From an uncultured bacterium (GTDB lineage: Bacteria > CAIJMQ01), in NCBI GenBank assembly GCA_964573245.1, contig CAZNJA010000002.1, positions 1-46,714 of the forward strand: a stretch of DNA of 46,714 nucleotides, in the 5' to 3' direction. A program made the position numbers and the translations under genes. Every line of letters begins with the position of its first letter. Positions within the stretch are counted from its first letter, which is position 1. Positions 26,937-35,798 of the stretch are shown piece by piece. The notes under the pieces were generated by a model, which saw nothing but the letters and a program-made list of their open reading frames with translations, was not told the DNA's origin and made no database searches.

Positions 26937-27812
26937 TTATAAATACGGAGTTCCGTCCGCATCTACCAATTTTTTAAACACGTCGCGGATTTTATTGGTG
27001 ATATTTCCCACTTTGCCGCTGCCTATAGTCCTGCCATCGACCTTCACAATGGGAATTATTTCCGCCGCGGTGCCGGTAAGAAAACATTCCTGTGCGTTAA
27101 ACAAATTATACCTGGAAATAGTTCCTTCCTTTACTTCGATAGATATTTTTTTTGCAATTTCCATGACAACTCCCCTTGTTATCCCGTCAAGAACACCCAT
27201 ATGCGTGGAGGGGGTTTTTAAAACATCATTCTCGATTATAAAAACATTATCTGCCGTGCATTCGGTTACAAAACCTTCCCGATTTAACATTATCGCCTCT
27301 TTAAAACCGGCATTTTTTGCCTCTATATTCGCCAATACATTATTTAGATAATTCAGGGATTTCACCTGAGGGTCTAAGTTCTGCGAATTGTTTCGTTGGG
27401 TAGGAACCGTAATTATCTCAATACCTCCTCTGCAAAATTTCTCAGGATACAGTTCTATCTTACCTACAATAACAAATATCGTCGCATTTTTACACTTCTC
27501 GGGAGCAAGCCCCAAATCGCCTTCACCTCTTGTTACCACAATTCTTATATAACAGTCCTTTTGACCGTTGATACGCGCTGTTTTTATAGTAGCTTCAATA
27601 AGTTTTTCTTTTGTAAACGGTATATTGAGGCAAATATATTTTGCGGATTTATATAATCTGTCTATATGTTCCCGCAATTTAAATATTCTGCCGTTATACG
27701 TCCTTAATCCTTCAAAAACACCGTCTCCGTAAAGAAGACCGTGGTCATAAACGGAAATTTTTGCTTCTCCTCTTGAGACAAATTCGCCGTTCAAATATAT
27801 TTTCTGGTCCAT
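26937..27812 (-). CDS. ilvE: Branched-chain amino acid aminotransferase (PLP fold type IV)
   Basis: Y.NGEF.....A..SV.DHG.LYGDGVFEG.R.YNG..F.L..H..RL..SA is the class IV signature. ATG 27812 is preceded by AAGGGG; the track's GTG 27818 is less likely. Confidence 0.85.
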   Translation of the reverse strand: MDQKIYLNGEFVSRGEAKISVYDHGLLYGDGVFEGLRTYNGRIFKLREHIDRLYKSAKYICLNIPFTKEKLIEATIKTARINGQKDCYIRIVVTRGEGDLGLAPEKCKNATIFVIVGKIELYPEKFCRGGIEIITVPTQRNNSQNLDPQVKSLNYLNNVLANIEAKNAGFKEAIMLNREGFVTECTADNVFIIENDVLKTPSTHMGVLDGITRGVVMEIAKKISIEVKEGTISRYNLFNAQECFLTGTAAEIIPIVKVDGRTIGSGKVGNITNKIRDVFKKLVDADGTPYL

Positions 27813-27833
27813 CTTCACCCCTTATTTTAAAAT

Positions 27834-28007
27834 TAAATATCAAAAATCAAATATTAAAATTTAAATAGGAAAACCCGCGCTGACAAAGTTCTGTTATTAG
27901 CTTTTTCTGGTATCGAGCATTTAGTATCAAGAATCCAGTTTCTCATTTTGAACTTTAATTTGTCATTTTGCATTTTTACTTTTTAATTTTTACTTTTGCC
28001 TTTAGAT
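27834..28007. repeat. Composite heptamer-periodic spacer: (YAAAWAT)x5, a 41-nt non-periodic core, then 14 consecutive heptamers (GTATCGA GCATTTA GTATCAA GAATCCA GTTTCTC ATTTTGA ... TTTTTAC TTTTGCC TTTAGAT)
   Basis: Direct reading. It occupies nearly all of the 196-202 bp rpiB-ilvE spacer. It shares the words GTATCGAG, TAGTATCAAG and GAATCCAG with the array at 23482-23562. Confidence 0.85.
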
Positions 28008-28014
28008 TATACCT

Positions 28015-28473
28015 CTAACAGCATTTATTTTCTATTTCACTTATTAAATCAACCCTTCTTTGATGCCTTCCGCCGTCGAATGGGGTCGAAAGCCACATAT
28101 CAACAATCTGAATTGCCAGCTCAAGTGAAATGGTTCTCTGTCCAATTGCAAGAACATTCGCGTTATTGTGACCTCTCGCCCATTTTGCCGTGTCATAACT
28201 CCAGCATAAGGAGCAACGAATGCCTTTGATTTTGTTAGCAACAATAGCTTCTCCGTTGCCGGAACCACCGAATACAATGCCGTAATCCGCCTTCCCCTTT
28301 GCAACCGCTTCCGCCGTCGGTCTGACAAAATTCGGATAATCGCACGGCTGGTCCGAATCAGTACCGAAATCTAGCACTTCAATACCCTTTTCAATTAGAT
28401 ATTTCTTAATCGCCTCCTTGTATTTGAATCCGGCATGGTCGCTTCCCAAAGCAACGGAAATATTAGTGTCCAT
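28015..28473 (-). CDS. rpiB: Ribose-5-phosphate isomerase B
   Basis: 152 aa. ...GSDHAGF..K..I..YL...G.EV.D.G...... followed by GI...G.GNGE.I.ANK..GIR. Confidence 0.9.
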   Translation of the reverse strand: MDTNISVALGSDHAGFKYKEAIKKYLIEKGIEVLDFGTDSDQPCDYPNFVRPTAEAVAKGKADYGIVFGGSGNGEAIVANKIKGIRCSLCWSYDTAKWARGHNNANVLAIGQRTISLELAIQIVDMWLSTPFDGGRHQRRVDLISEIENKCC

Positions 28474-28487
28474 TGTAAAATATCCTC

Positions 28488-29117
28488 CTATACATTAATT
28501 ATTCTTTCTATATCCTCTTTTTTTATTTTACCTTCTCTGATTAATTTTGGCGAATTTCCCGTGCAGTCAATTACTGTGGAAGGCATCCCCCAAATTGTTT
28601 GCCCCCCGTCTAAAATCAGGTCGATCTTACCATCAAAATACCCTTTGACTTCTTCTGTGTTTAAAGCATCTTTTTCACCCGAAGTATTTGCGCTTGTCGA
28701 AACCAACGGGCTGTATTCTTTTAATAAAGCAAGCGGCACAAAATGGTCCGGGATTCTAAATCCCAACGCTTCGGTTTGAAAGGGTACATCCAGTCCGATT
28801 TTTTTCTTAAGCACCACCGTTAAAGGTCCCGGACAAAATGTTCTCATTAACTTATATGCAAAATCCGGCAACTTTTCAACATATAAACTCACGCTTTCGA
28901 TGTCCGGAACAAAAACAGACAAAGGTTTGGAAAAATTCCTGCTCTTGATTTTATATATTTTTCTCACCGCCTTCTTAGAAAACAGGTCTCCTGCCAGGCC
29001 GTAGACCGTTTCCGTAGGCAAAGCTACTACTCCGCCGTTTTTCAGGACCGATACGGCTTTTGAAACTACATCCTTCTCCAACTTTTTAGAATCTATTTTT
29101 ATATAATCCATAACCAT
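28488..29117 (-). CDS. tsaC: L-threonylcarbamoyladenylate synthase (YrdC/TsaC domain)
   Basis: 209 aa. G.VVALPTETVYGLA.D......V..I...K.R...KPL and GPLT.V are YrdC-family motifs. Confidence 0.85.
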   Translation of the reverse strand: MVMDYIKIDSKKLEKDVVSKAVSVLKNGGVVALPTETVYGLAGDLFSKKAVRKIYKIKSRNFSKPLSVFVPDIESVSLYVEKLPDFAYKLMRTFCPGPLTVVLKKKIGLDVPFQTEALGFRIPDHFVPLALLKEYSPLVSTSANTSGEKDALNTEEVKGYFDGKIDLILDGGQTIWGMPSTVIDCTGNSPKLIREGKIKKEDIERIINV

Positions 29118-29134
29118 ATTATCTTTTTAAAAAT

Positions 29135-29173
29135 CCCCGCCTGCTTGTCCCAACGTAACGTCGGGATGGGCAG
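29135..29173. repeat. Intergenic copy of the GC-rich palindromic element (prfB-tsaC spacer)
   Basis: CCCCGCCTGCTTGTCCCAACGTAACGTCGGGATGGGCAG. It has the same 13-nt left flank as the folC copy. On the minus strand it is followed by GGGGATTTTTAAAAAG. Confidence 0.85.
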
Positions 29174-29184
29174 ATGTGTAATCA

Positions 29185-30283
29185 TTATTTAATTTTCTTC
29201 CCTCTTAGATAATCAAAAATAAAGGGGTCTATATTCCCATCTAACACATCGTCGGCATTCGTCTGCTCGGTGCCGGTGCGATGGTCTTTAACCAGCGTAT
29301 AAGGATAAAGGACATAACTTCGTATTTGATTTCCCCACTGGATATCTTTTTTTTCACCGACAAGTTTCTTCTGTTTCTCTTTTTCGAGCGCCTGAAAATG
29401 CTGATAAAGCCGCGATTTCAGCATTTCCATAGCAATATGCTTATTCTGGTGCTGGGATTTTTCTGATTGAGCACTAGCGACTATGCTTGTTGGGGTATGT
29501 GTTATCCTGACCGCGGAATCGGTTTTGTTCACATGCTGACCCCCAGGGCCAGAAGAGCGAAAAGTATCGATTTTCAAGTCAGCGTCATTGATTTCTACTT
29601 CCAACCCCTCATCGATTTTTGGAATAACTTCAACCGCCGCAAAAGAAGTATGCCTTCTCTTGGCGGCGTCAAACGGAGAAATTCTAACCAACCTGTGTAT
29701 CCCTTTTTCGCTTTTCAAATAACCGTAAGAGAAATCCTTTGGAAATCGCAAACTTGCATATTTAATCCCCGCTTCATCTCCCAGGCTGACATCCACAACT
29801 TCCGCTGACATATCGTTTCGCTCCGCCCATCTTATATACATCCGAAGCAGCATCTGTGCCCAGTCGCAGGATTCCGTGCCTCCCGCTCCGGGTTTTATCA
29901 TAAGGAAACAGCCATTTTTATCGTAAGTGTCAGCCAATAAAACTTCTAACTGCCATCTTTCAATTTCCTTTTCTATTTTTGCAAGTTCGGCTGAAACTTC
30001 CTGCGATGTTTCTTTATCTTCTTCTTCTTGCGCTAATTGATTTAAAACTTCCACATCTTCTATTTTTTTGTGCAATTTATTCCATTTAATTTGTTCTCCT
30101 TTAAGCGAATCAAGTTTTTTCATTACCTTTTTCGCGCTCTCAACATCCTGCCAAAGGCCATCTTTTTCAGACTCCTTGCTTAACCGGTCAATTTCCTTTC
30201 CCTTGTTTCCTAAGTCAAAGAAGCCCCCGTATGTCTCTTAACTTATCTTTAAAACTTGCCAATTTAGCTCTTATATCATCCAT
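29185..30283 (-). CDS. prfB: Peptide chain release factor 2, expressed through a programmed +1 frameshift: complement(join(29185..30216,30218..30283))
   Basis: Frame 0 reads ATG(30283) MDDIRAKLASFKDKLRDIRGLL then TGA(30217..30215). The +1 frame continues DLGNKGKEIDRLSKESEKDGLWQDVESAKKVMKKLDSL... into ORF 29185..30123. The SPF (RISPFDA) and GGQ (GPGGQHVNKTDSAV) motifs are present. The joined product is 365 aa. Confidence 0.93.
30214..30228 (-). promoter_or_regulatory. RF2 autoregulatory +1 frameshift site
   Basis: The minus strand reads GGGGG CTT CTT TGA C: an SD-like G-run, a 3-nt spacer, the CUU slippery codon, then the UGA-C stop context. This is the same architecture as E. coli prfB (AGGGGG UAU CUU UGA C). 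Confidence 0.9.
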
Positions 30284-30341
30284 AGTGCGCTAATTTTAAC
30301 ACAAGGTCTGTATCATTATAAACTCCCCTTTGTTTAGCCGC

Positions 30342-30370
30342 TTGACTAAAAAGGATTTATTCCTGATAAT
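30342..30370 (+). promoter_or_regulatory. Candidate sigma70-type promoter for the dehydrogenase gene
   Basis: TTGACT (30342-30347), 17 nt spacer, GATAAT (30365-30370). It lies 46 nt upstream of ATG 30417, which has a GAGAGGGA RBS. Confidence 0.4.
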
Positions 30371-30416
30371 ATCGGCTTAAAAATAAAGTCTGCAAGGTAA
30401 AAAAGAGAGGGAATAT

Positions 30417-31475
30417 ATGAAAAAATACAAAGTTGCGGTTATTCCGGGAGATGGAACAGGACCCGAAGTTATCAGGGAAGGAATAAAAGTAATAGAAGCG
30501 GCAAGCAAGAAGTTTGGATTTGATTACGAAACAAAAACATTTGATTTTGGCGGTGAAAGGTATCTGAAAACCGGTAAGACATTGGACAAAGAGGATATCG
30601 AGGAATTAAAACAATATTCTGCGATATATTTGGGTGCCATAGGCCACCCCGATGTAAAACCTGGGATACTGGAGACTGGAATCCTTTTGAATTTGAGATT
30701 TTCTTTGGACCAGTATATAAATCTTCGCCCCATAAAACTTTATAATGAAACATTTTGTCCGTTGAAAGACAAGAAACCTGAAGATATCGATTTTGTCGTT
30801 GTGAGGGAAAATTCCGAAGGACTTTATAAAAGCATAGGCGAATTCAAGAATAAAGGAACTAAAGAGGAAGTGGCAACACAGATTTCATATAATACCCGCA
30901 AGGGGGTTGAACGCTGTATACGATATGCTTTCGAATTTACGAGAAAAAGGAACAAGGGCAAAAAACTTACATTATGCGGCAAAACGAACGTTCTAACTTT
31001 CGCATGGGACCTTTGGATGAGGACTTTCAACGAAGTGGCAAAAGAATATCCCGATATTAAAACCGATTACGCGCATGTTGACGCTACAACAATGTGGTTC
31101 GTTAAAAATCCCGAGTGGTTCGATGTTATCGTTACTGATAATATGTTCGGTGACATAATAACTGATTTGGGCGCTATGATTCAGGGCGGAATGGGAATCG
31201 CCGCAGGCGGCAACATTAACCCTGAAGGCATTTCTATGTTCGAACCGATTGGCGGAAGCGCTCCTAAATATACGGGAAAAAACGTAATAAATCCTTTGGC
31301 TGCAATCTGTGCCGGGGCTATGATGCTGGAAACTTTGGGACAGATAAAAGCCGCCCAAGCAATAGAGAATGCCGTAATAAAGATTGTCCGCGAAAAACTA
31401 AAATCATTAAGTGCTGGGAAAATGGGATATACAACTTCTGAAGTAGGCGATTTGGTAGCGAAACACCTGGTGTGA
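30417..31475 (+). CDS. Isocitrate/isopropylmalate dehydrogenase family enzyme (3-isopropylmalate dehydrogenase or tartrate dehydrogenase-like)
   Basis: 352 aa. [18 protein letters not shown]; RP..LY; VRENSEGLY; [12 protein letters not shown]...GG.G.A..GNI. Confidence 0.8.
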   Translation: MKKYKVAVIPGDGTGPEVIREGIKVIEAASKKFGFDYETKTFDFGGERYLKTGKTLDKEDIEELKQYSAIYLGAIGHPDVKPGILETGILLNLRFSLDQYINLRPIKLYNETFCPLKDKKPEDIDFVVVRENSEGLYKSIGEFKNKGTKEEVATQISYNTRKGVERCIRYAFEFTRKRNKGKKLTLCGKTNVLTFAWDLWMRTFNEVAKEYPDIKTDYAHVDATTMWFVKNPEWFDVIVTDNMFGDIITDLGAMIQGGMGIAAGGNINPEGISMFEPIGGSAPKYTGKNVINPLAAICAGAMMLETLGQIKAAQAIENAVIKIVREKLKSLSAGKMGYTTSEVGDLVAKHLV

Positions 31476-31476
31476 A

Positions 31477-31599
31477 TTCCAAATCACAGGCACCAAACCA
31501 CAAATAAATTCCAATATTCAAAAGTATCCGTTTGGAATTTTGGTTATTGATTATTGGATATTATTTGATGATTAGTACTTGGAATTTATGATTTGGAAG
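31477..31599. repeat. Inverted heptamer-periodic arms in the dehydrogenase-phoH spacer
   Basis: TTCCAAATCA (31477-31486) pairs with TGATTTGGAA (31589-31598). AAATTCCAA (31506-31514) pairs with TTGGAATTT (31579-31587, also 31532-31540). The right arm is in 7-nt register: TTGGTTA TTGATTA TTGGATA (4-nt slip) TTGATGA TTAGTAC TTGGAAT TTATGAT TTGGAAG. Confidence 0.75.
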
Positions 31600-31607
31600 C
31601 TATACAG

Positions 31608-31636
31608 TTGACTTATCTTCGTCTCTTTTCTAATAT
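31608..31636 (+). promoter_or_regulatory. Candidate sigma70-type promoter immediately upstream of phoH (would give a near-leaderless mRNA)
   Basis: TTGACT (31608-31613), 17 nt spacer, TAATAT (31631-31636). Only 11 nt separate the -10 element from ATG 31648, and there is no SD sequence. Confidence 0.35.
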
Positions 31637-31647
31637 CTTATTGAACG

Positions 31648-32655
31648 ATGCTAAAAACAACCACGCAAAAAATTTCTCTTGCCAATAAAGAACAGACTTT
31701 AAAAATACTTGGAAGAAACGATAAACTATTGCATCGTTTGGAAAAAGAATTCAATATCTCCATTATAGGCAGAGGCGACGACATAGCCATAAAAGGAAAA
31801 CCCGAAGATGTATCCAAAACCAAAGAATTTATAAACAGGATGCTGTCCTTATACAAAAACGCCAATTTCATAACGGAAGATGATATCCTTTTCGCTATGC
31901 AAGAAACGAATACAAAAGAGAAAGGAACCAATTTGGAAGAAATATTAAAAGACAAGATAGAGGTTTCTACAAATCCCGTCGGAAACTCACTCCCTTACGG
32001 GACCAACAAGAAATATATTGTTCCCAAAAATTTAGCCCAAAAAAAATATGTGGAAGCAATGAAGGAAAACGAAATTGTTTTCTCTATAGGCCCGGCCGGA
32101 ACAGGCAAAACATATCTCGCAATGGCTATGGCAGTGAATTATTTGGCAAATAAAAAAACGGGTAGAGTAATTCTGGTGCGTCCCGCAGTGGAAGCCGGAG
32201 AAAAACTGGGTTTTCTCCCCGGCGACTTGCAAGAAAAAATAAATCCGTATCTTCGCCCGCTTTACGATGCTCTATATGAAATGCTGGAAGCAGAAAAATT
32301 GCATCAATATTTGCAGAGAAATATAATAGAAATAGCTCCACTTGCATACATGAGAGGTAGAACCTTCAACGACTCTTTTATTGTTCTGGACGAAGCGCAA
32401 AACTCCACGCCCGAACAAATGAAAATGTTTTTAACACGTCTTGGTTTTGATTCCAAAGTCATAGTTACCGGAGATATTACGCAAATCGATTTATCTGAAG
32501 GCATCGCTTCTGGACTTGTAGAAGTTCAATATATTCTTCAAGACATAAAAGGCATCGAATTCGTATATTTTACGGAAAAAGACGTTGTTAGACACAAGTT
32601 AGTGCAGGAAATTATAAGAGCTTATGACAAACAAAAAAACAACAAATCAAGTTAA
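31648..32655 (+). CDS. phoH: PhoH family ATPase (PhoH/YbeZ-like)
   Basis: 335 aa. Walker A GPAGTGKTYLAMAMA, RPAVEAGEKLGFLPGD, LDEAQN...QMKMFLTRLG, VTGD.TQ.DL. Confidence 0.9.
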   Translation: MLKTTTQKISLANKEQTLKILGRNDKLLHRLEKEFNISIIGRGDDIAIKGKPEDVSKTKEFINRMLSLYKNANFITEDDILFAMQETNTKEKGTNLEEILKDKIEVSTNPVGNSLPYGTNKKYIVPKNLAQKKYVEAMKENEIVFSIGPAGTGKTYLAMAMAVNYLANKKTGRVILVRPAVEAGEKLGFLPGDLQEKINPYLRPLYDALYEMLEAEKLHQYLQRNIIEIAPLAYMRGRTFNDSFIVLDEAQNSTPEQMKMFLTRLGFDSKVIVTGDITQIDLSEGIASGLVEVQYILQDIKGIEFVYFTEKDVVRHKLVQEIIRAYDKQKNNKSS

Positions 32656-34177
32656 TACAAGACTTGCCCGTTCAAGAGACGGAGCAATAGGAAAAATTTA
32701 CTCTACCATAAAGAAAAGACTTAAATTTTTCAGAAAACCACTGGAGTCCATAAGAAAAATCAACTTGTGGCTAATCAGTATCATTTTTTATATAGCCACG
32801 TTTGCGCTTGTCTTATTGTCAATGGGCCTACTGCAAAATATCACCCAAAACATTTTCCGAATATTAGCAGTGGTATTTTATGTATTTCTTTTATCTTTTA
32901 TATCAGTGTTTCATCTTCACAAATACAACATTTTAATTGCACGACAGCCGCGTAAACTTTTCACTTTTTGTCTCATCAATTTCAGCATTCTTTTAATAGC
33001 GCGCGGAATTCTTTACGCAAACATTTCCGAATATGCCATCCCTGCGACTTTGGCTGGAATGCTTCTCGCCTCGTTTGTAAATGGGCACACGGCGCTGGTG
33101 TGCATAATAATGTTGGGTGGGCTTATCGGGTTTATATCAAATTTCAGAATAGATATTGTCTTAAATTTTATGATAATGGGCACAGTGGCTTCTTTAGCAA
33201 TGTCACTAATAAAAAAACAAAAGGATTTATTTAAGATAGGCATAGCAACGGGAATTATGGGCGCAGTATTCATAACAAGTTGGGGATTTTTGCACCAATG
33301 GACTGCAGAAAAGATATCCATACAATGTTTATATGTAATAGGCAGCGCTTTGATTTCATCTTTTCTTGCGTTGGAAATCCTTCCGTTCTTGGAAAACTTT
33401 TCGGGGAAAATCACCAATGCGAAACTTATTGAATTATTACATCTAAATCATCCTCTTTTGATGAACTTGAGAGAAAAAGCGCCGGGGAGTTATCAATCAT
33501 GTTTAATGGTTGCAAATCTGGCAGAGGCAGCGGCAGAAAAAGTAAATGCAAACTCACTGCTTGCTAAAATCGGCGCCTATTATCATGACATAGGGAAAGT
33601 AAAAAATCCGCCTTATTTCGTAGAAAATCTAAGTCTAAATTCCAAGAGCAAACACGAAAAAGTAAACCCCGCGCTTTCCAGTTTGATCCTCATTTCTCAT
33701 GTAAAAGAAGGAGTCCAACTGGCAAATAAATATAAACTGCCAAAAGAAATTCGAGATATTATACAGCAACATCACGGAACAACCTTTACTTCTTTTTTCT
33801 ATCAAGAAGCCCTAAAAAAAGATTCCAACGGCATGGTCAAAGAAGAATCTTTTCGCTACCCTGGCCCCAAACCTCAAAGTAAAGAAGCCGCAATCGTAAT
33901 GCTGGCAGATATAGTAGAGGCGGCTTCGCGTACACTTGAAGACCCGTCGCCGACGAGAATAAGAAATCTGGTGGAGAACTTGATAAAAGAAAAACTCACT
34001 GCAAGACAGCTGGACGAATCGCAACTTAACCTTAATGACTTAGATGCGATCCAAAAAAGTTTTATTCAGACCCTCACGGGGACTTTTCATAGCCGAATCA
34101 AATATCCGTCTTCAGAACAAATAAATGGGCAAAAAGATGCAACTGATAAAGGCAACCATTCAAATACAAAGAAATAA
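32624..34177 (+). CDS. 7TM-receptor-like membrane HD/HDIG phosphohydrolase (YqfF/PgpH type)
   Basis: 517 aa. Polytopic N-terminal half followed by an HD domain (GAYYHDIGKV...; QQHHGT). Sits in the conserved phoH-HD-ybeY gene order. Confidence 0.85.
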   Translation: MTNKKTTNQVNTRLARSRDGAIGKIYSTIKKRLKFFRKPLESIRKINLWLISIIFYIATFALVLLSMGLLQNITQNIFRILAVVFYVFLLSFISVFHLHKYNILIARQPRKLFTFCLINFSILLIARGILYANISEYAIPATLAGMLLASFVNGHTALVCIIMLGGLIGFISNFRIDIVLNFMIMGTVASLAMSLIKKQKDLFKIGIATGIMGAVFITSWGFLHQWTAEKISIQCLYVIGSALISSFLALEILPFLENFSGKITNAKLIELLHLNHPLLMNLREKAPGSYQSCLMVANLAEAAAEKVNANSLLAKIGAYYHDIGKVKNPPYFVENLSLNSKSKHEKVNPALSSLILISHVKEGVQLANKYKLPKEIRDIIQQHHGTTFTSFFYQEALKKDSNGMVKEESFRYPGPKPQSKEAAIVMLADIVEAASRTLEDPSPTRIRNLVENLIKEKLTARQLDESQLNLNDLDAIQKSFIQTLTGTFHSRIKYPSSEQINGQKDATDKGNHSNTKK

Positions 34178-34586
34178 AGAAGCCGAAAAATACAGAAATA
34201 TAATAGTTGAAGCCTGTGAAAAAGTTTTATCTTTTATGAGACAAAAAGACAAAACTTTTAATATTCTTATAACAAATGAGCAAAAAATACGAGAACTTAA
34301 CAAAAAGTTTAGAAATACCGATAGCCCCACGGATGTGCTCGCTTTCCCTTTTGGGGAAAAACGTTCTCCGTATCTGGGGGACATCGCGATTTCATTCACT
34401 CAAGCAAAAGAGCAAGCAAAAACATATAAGGAAAAATTAGAGGATGAGATTTCAAGGTTGGTAATTCACGGCGTTCTACATCTTTTGGGACAGACCGATG
34501 ACAACTCCAGTGCGAAAAAAAGGATGTGGAACAAGCAGGAAAAAATTCTTGCGTTATTAAAAGAGGCAAGGCAAAAAAATAAATAG
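34125..34586 (+). CDS. ybeY: rRNA maturation endoribonuclease YbeY
   Basis: Has TDVL.FP and the metal motif HGVLHLLGQTD. Conserved position after phoH and the HD gene. An alternative start is ATG 34137. Confidence 0.85.
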   Translation: MGKKMQLIKATIQIQRNKEAEKYRNIIVEACEKVLSFMRQKDKTFNILITNEQKIRELNKKFRNTDSPTDVLAFPFGEKRSPYLGDIAISFTQAKEQAKTYKEKLEDEISRLVIHGVLHLLGQTDDNSSAKKRMWNKQEKILALLKEARQKNK

Positions 34587-34607
34587 GTTTTTCGGAGGAA
34601 AATTAAA

Positions 34608-35249
34608 ATGGAACAAAAAGTCGGCGGACATATAACAAGAGGATTAAGAAACAATTTTATAACAGGGTTATTCATAATTTTTCCTATAGCCGTTACCCTT
34701 TGGGTTTTATGGTTTTTTTCATCCAAGATTGTTTTACTTTCGCTGAAGTTGCTTCCTGCAAATACATCTTTGTTCACAAAGGCTTTCTGGTCAATACTCA
34801 TAATTATTTTAAGTATTTTCGTGGTAATTATGATAGGCATTACCGCAAGAAACGTTTTTGGTAAGAAACTGCTGAATCTAACGGAAAAACTCATATATAG
34901 AATCCCTGTCGTAAAATGGGTATATGAAACTGTAAAGAAAATGTCCCAAATTTTCTTGGGACAAAAATTAAAAGTTCTTCAGAAAGTTGTTCTATTGGAA
35001 TACCCTCACAAGGGCATATATTATATAGGGTTTATAACGTCGACTATAAAAAATGGAATCTCTTCCAAAAGCGATGAACCTCACATAAGTGTTTTTCTGC
35101 CCACATCTCCTAATCCAACAAGTGGGTTTTTGCTTATACTGCCGGAAAAAGATGTTATCCCTCTTGACATTTCCGTAGAAGATGCGATGGGATTTATTAT
35201 TTCTGTGGGAGCAATACTCCCCAACTCAAAAATCATAAAAAGTGAATAA
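34608..35249 (+). CDS. DUF502 domain membrane protein
   Basis: 213 aa with two N-terminal TM segments. PLVKWVY-like IPVVKWVYETVKK and PTSPNPTSGFLL..P motifs. Confidence 0.75.
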   Translation: MEQKVGGHITRGLRNNFITGLFIIFPIAVTLWVLWFFSSKIVLLSLKLLPANTSLFTKAFWSILIIILSIFVVIMIGITARNVFGKKLLNLTEKLIYRIPVVKWVYETVKKMSQIFLGQKLKVLQKVVLLEYPHKGIYYIGFITSTIKNGISSKSDEPHISVFLPTSPNPTSGFLLILPEKDVIPLDISVEDAMGFIISVGAILPNSKIIKSE

Positions 35250-35796
35250 AAAAACATCCAAGGTTCAAAAATTTTTAATTTTTAATAAAGTTGTATTTTT
35301 ATATCTTTTTTTACTTCCGCCTTTATCCTTAACCTTGCTTTTTGCTCAATCTGTAACCGAAGGGTTCAGGGCAAGAAAAATGGAAGGAGAAGTTATCAAA
35401 TGGAAGATTGAAGCTGACTGGGCAAGATTCGAAGAAAATCAAAAAATACTTAAAGGGGTAAAAGTGCAATTCTATCCCGAAGACAAAGACTCTTTCACGA
35501 TAAAAGCGGATGATGGGTTGGTGAAAGAAAATGTTTCATTAGATAATCCAACCATTAATGCAACAGGCAAAAAAGATGAAATATATTTAGAGAACAATGT
35601 ACAGATAATAGGCTATTTGGATGCAAACATAAAATGTGAAAGTTTATTATGGGATTCTGTATCCGAAACGATGCGCAGCCAAGACAAAGTAGAAGTAGAA
35701 TCGGAAAAATGGCTCATTAAAGGCAAAGGGATAGAATTTGCACCATCCGGAGACATTCTGTTTATCAAGAATGATGTTACAATGCGGATTAATTAA
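35242..35796 (+). CDS. lptC: LPS export system protein LptC-like
   Basis: 184 aa with one N-terminal TM and a beta-jellyroll-like sequence. It lies immediately upstream of lptA-lptB. GTG start overlapping the DUF502 gene by 8 nt. The call rests mainly on gene context. Confidence 0.6.
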   Translation: MNKKTSKVQKFLIFNKVVFLYLFLLPPLSLTLLFAQSVTEGFRARKMEGEVIKWKIEADWARFEENQKILKGVKVQFYPEDKDSFTIKADDGLVKENVSLDNPTINATGKKDEIYLENNVQIIGYLDANIKCESLLWDSVSETMRSQDKVEVESEKWLIKGKGIEFAPSGDILFIKNDVTMRIN

Positions 35797-35798
35797 CG

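Noticed and set aside
27834-28007. Possibility that the periodic arrays are CRISPR arrays
   Set aside because: The units are 7 nt with no unique spacers. CRISPR repeats are about 24-48 nt and are separated by spacers. No cas genes are in the window.
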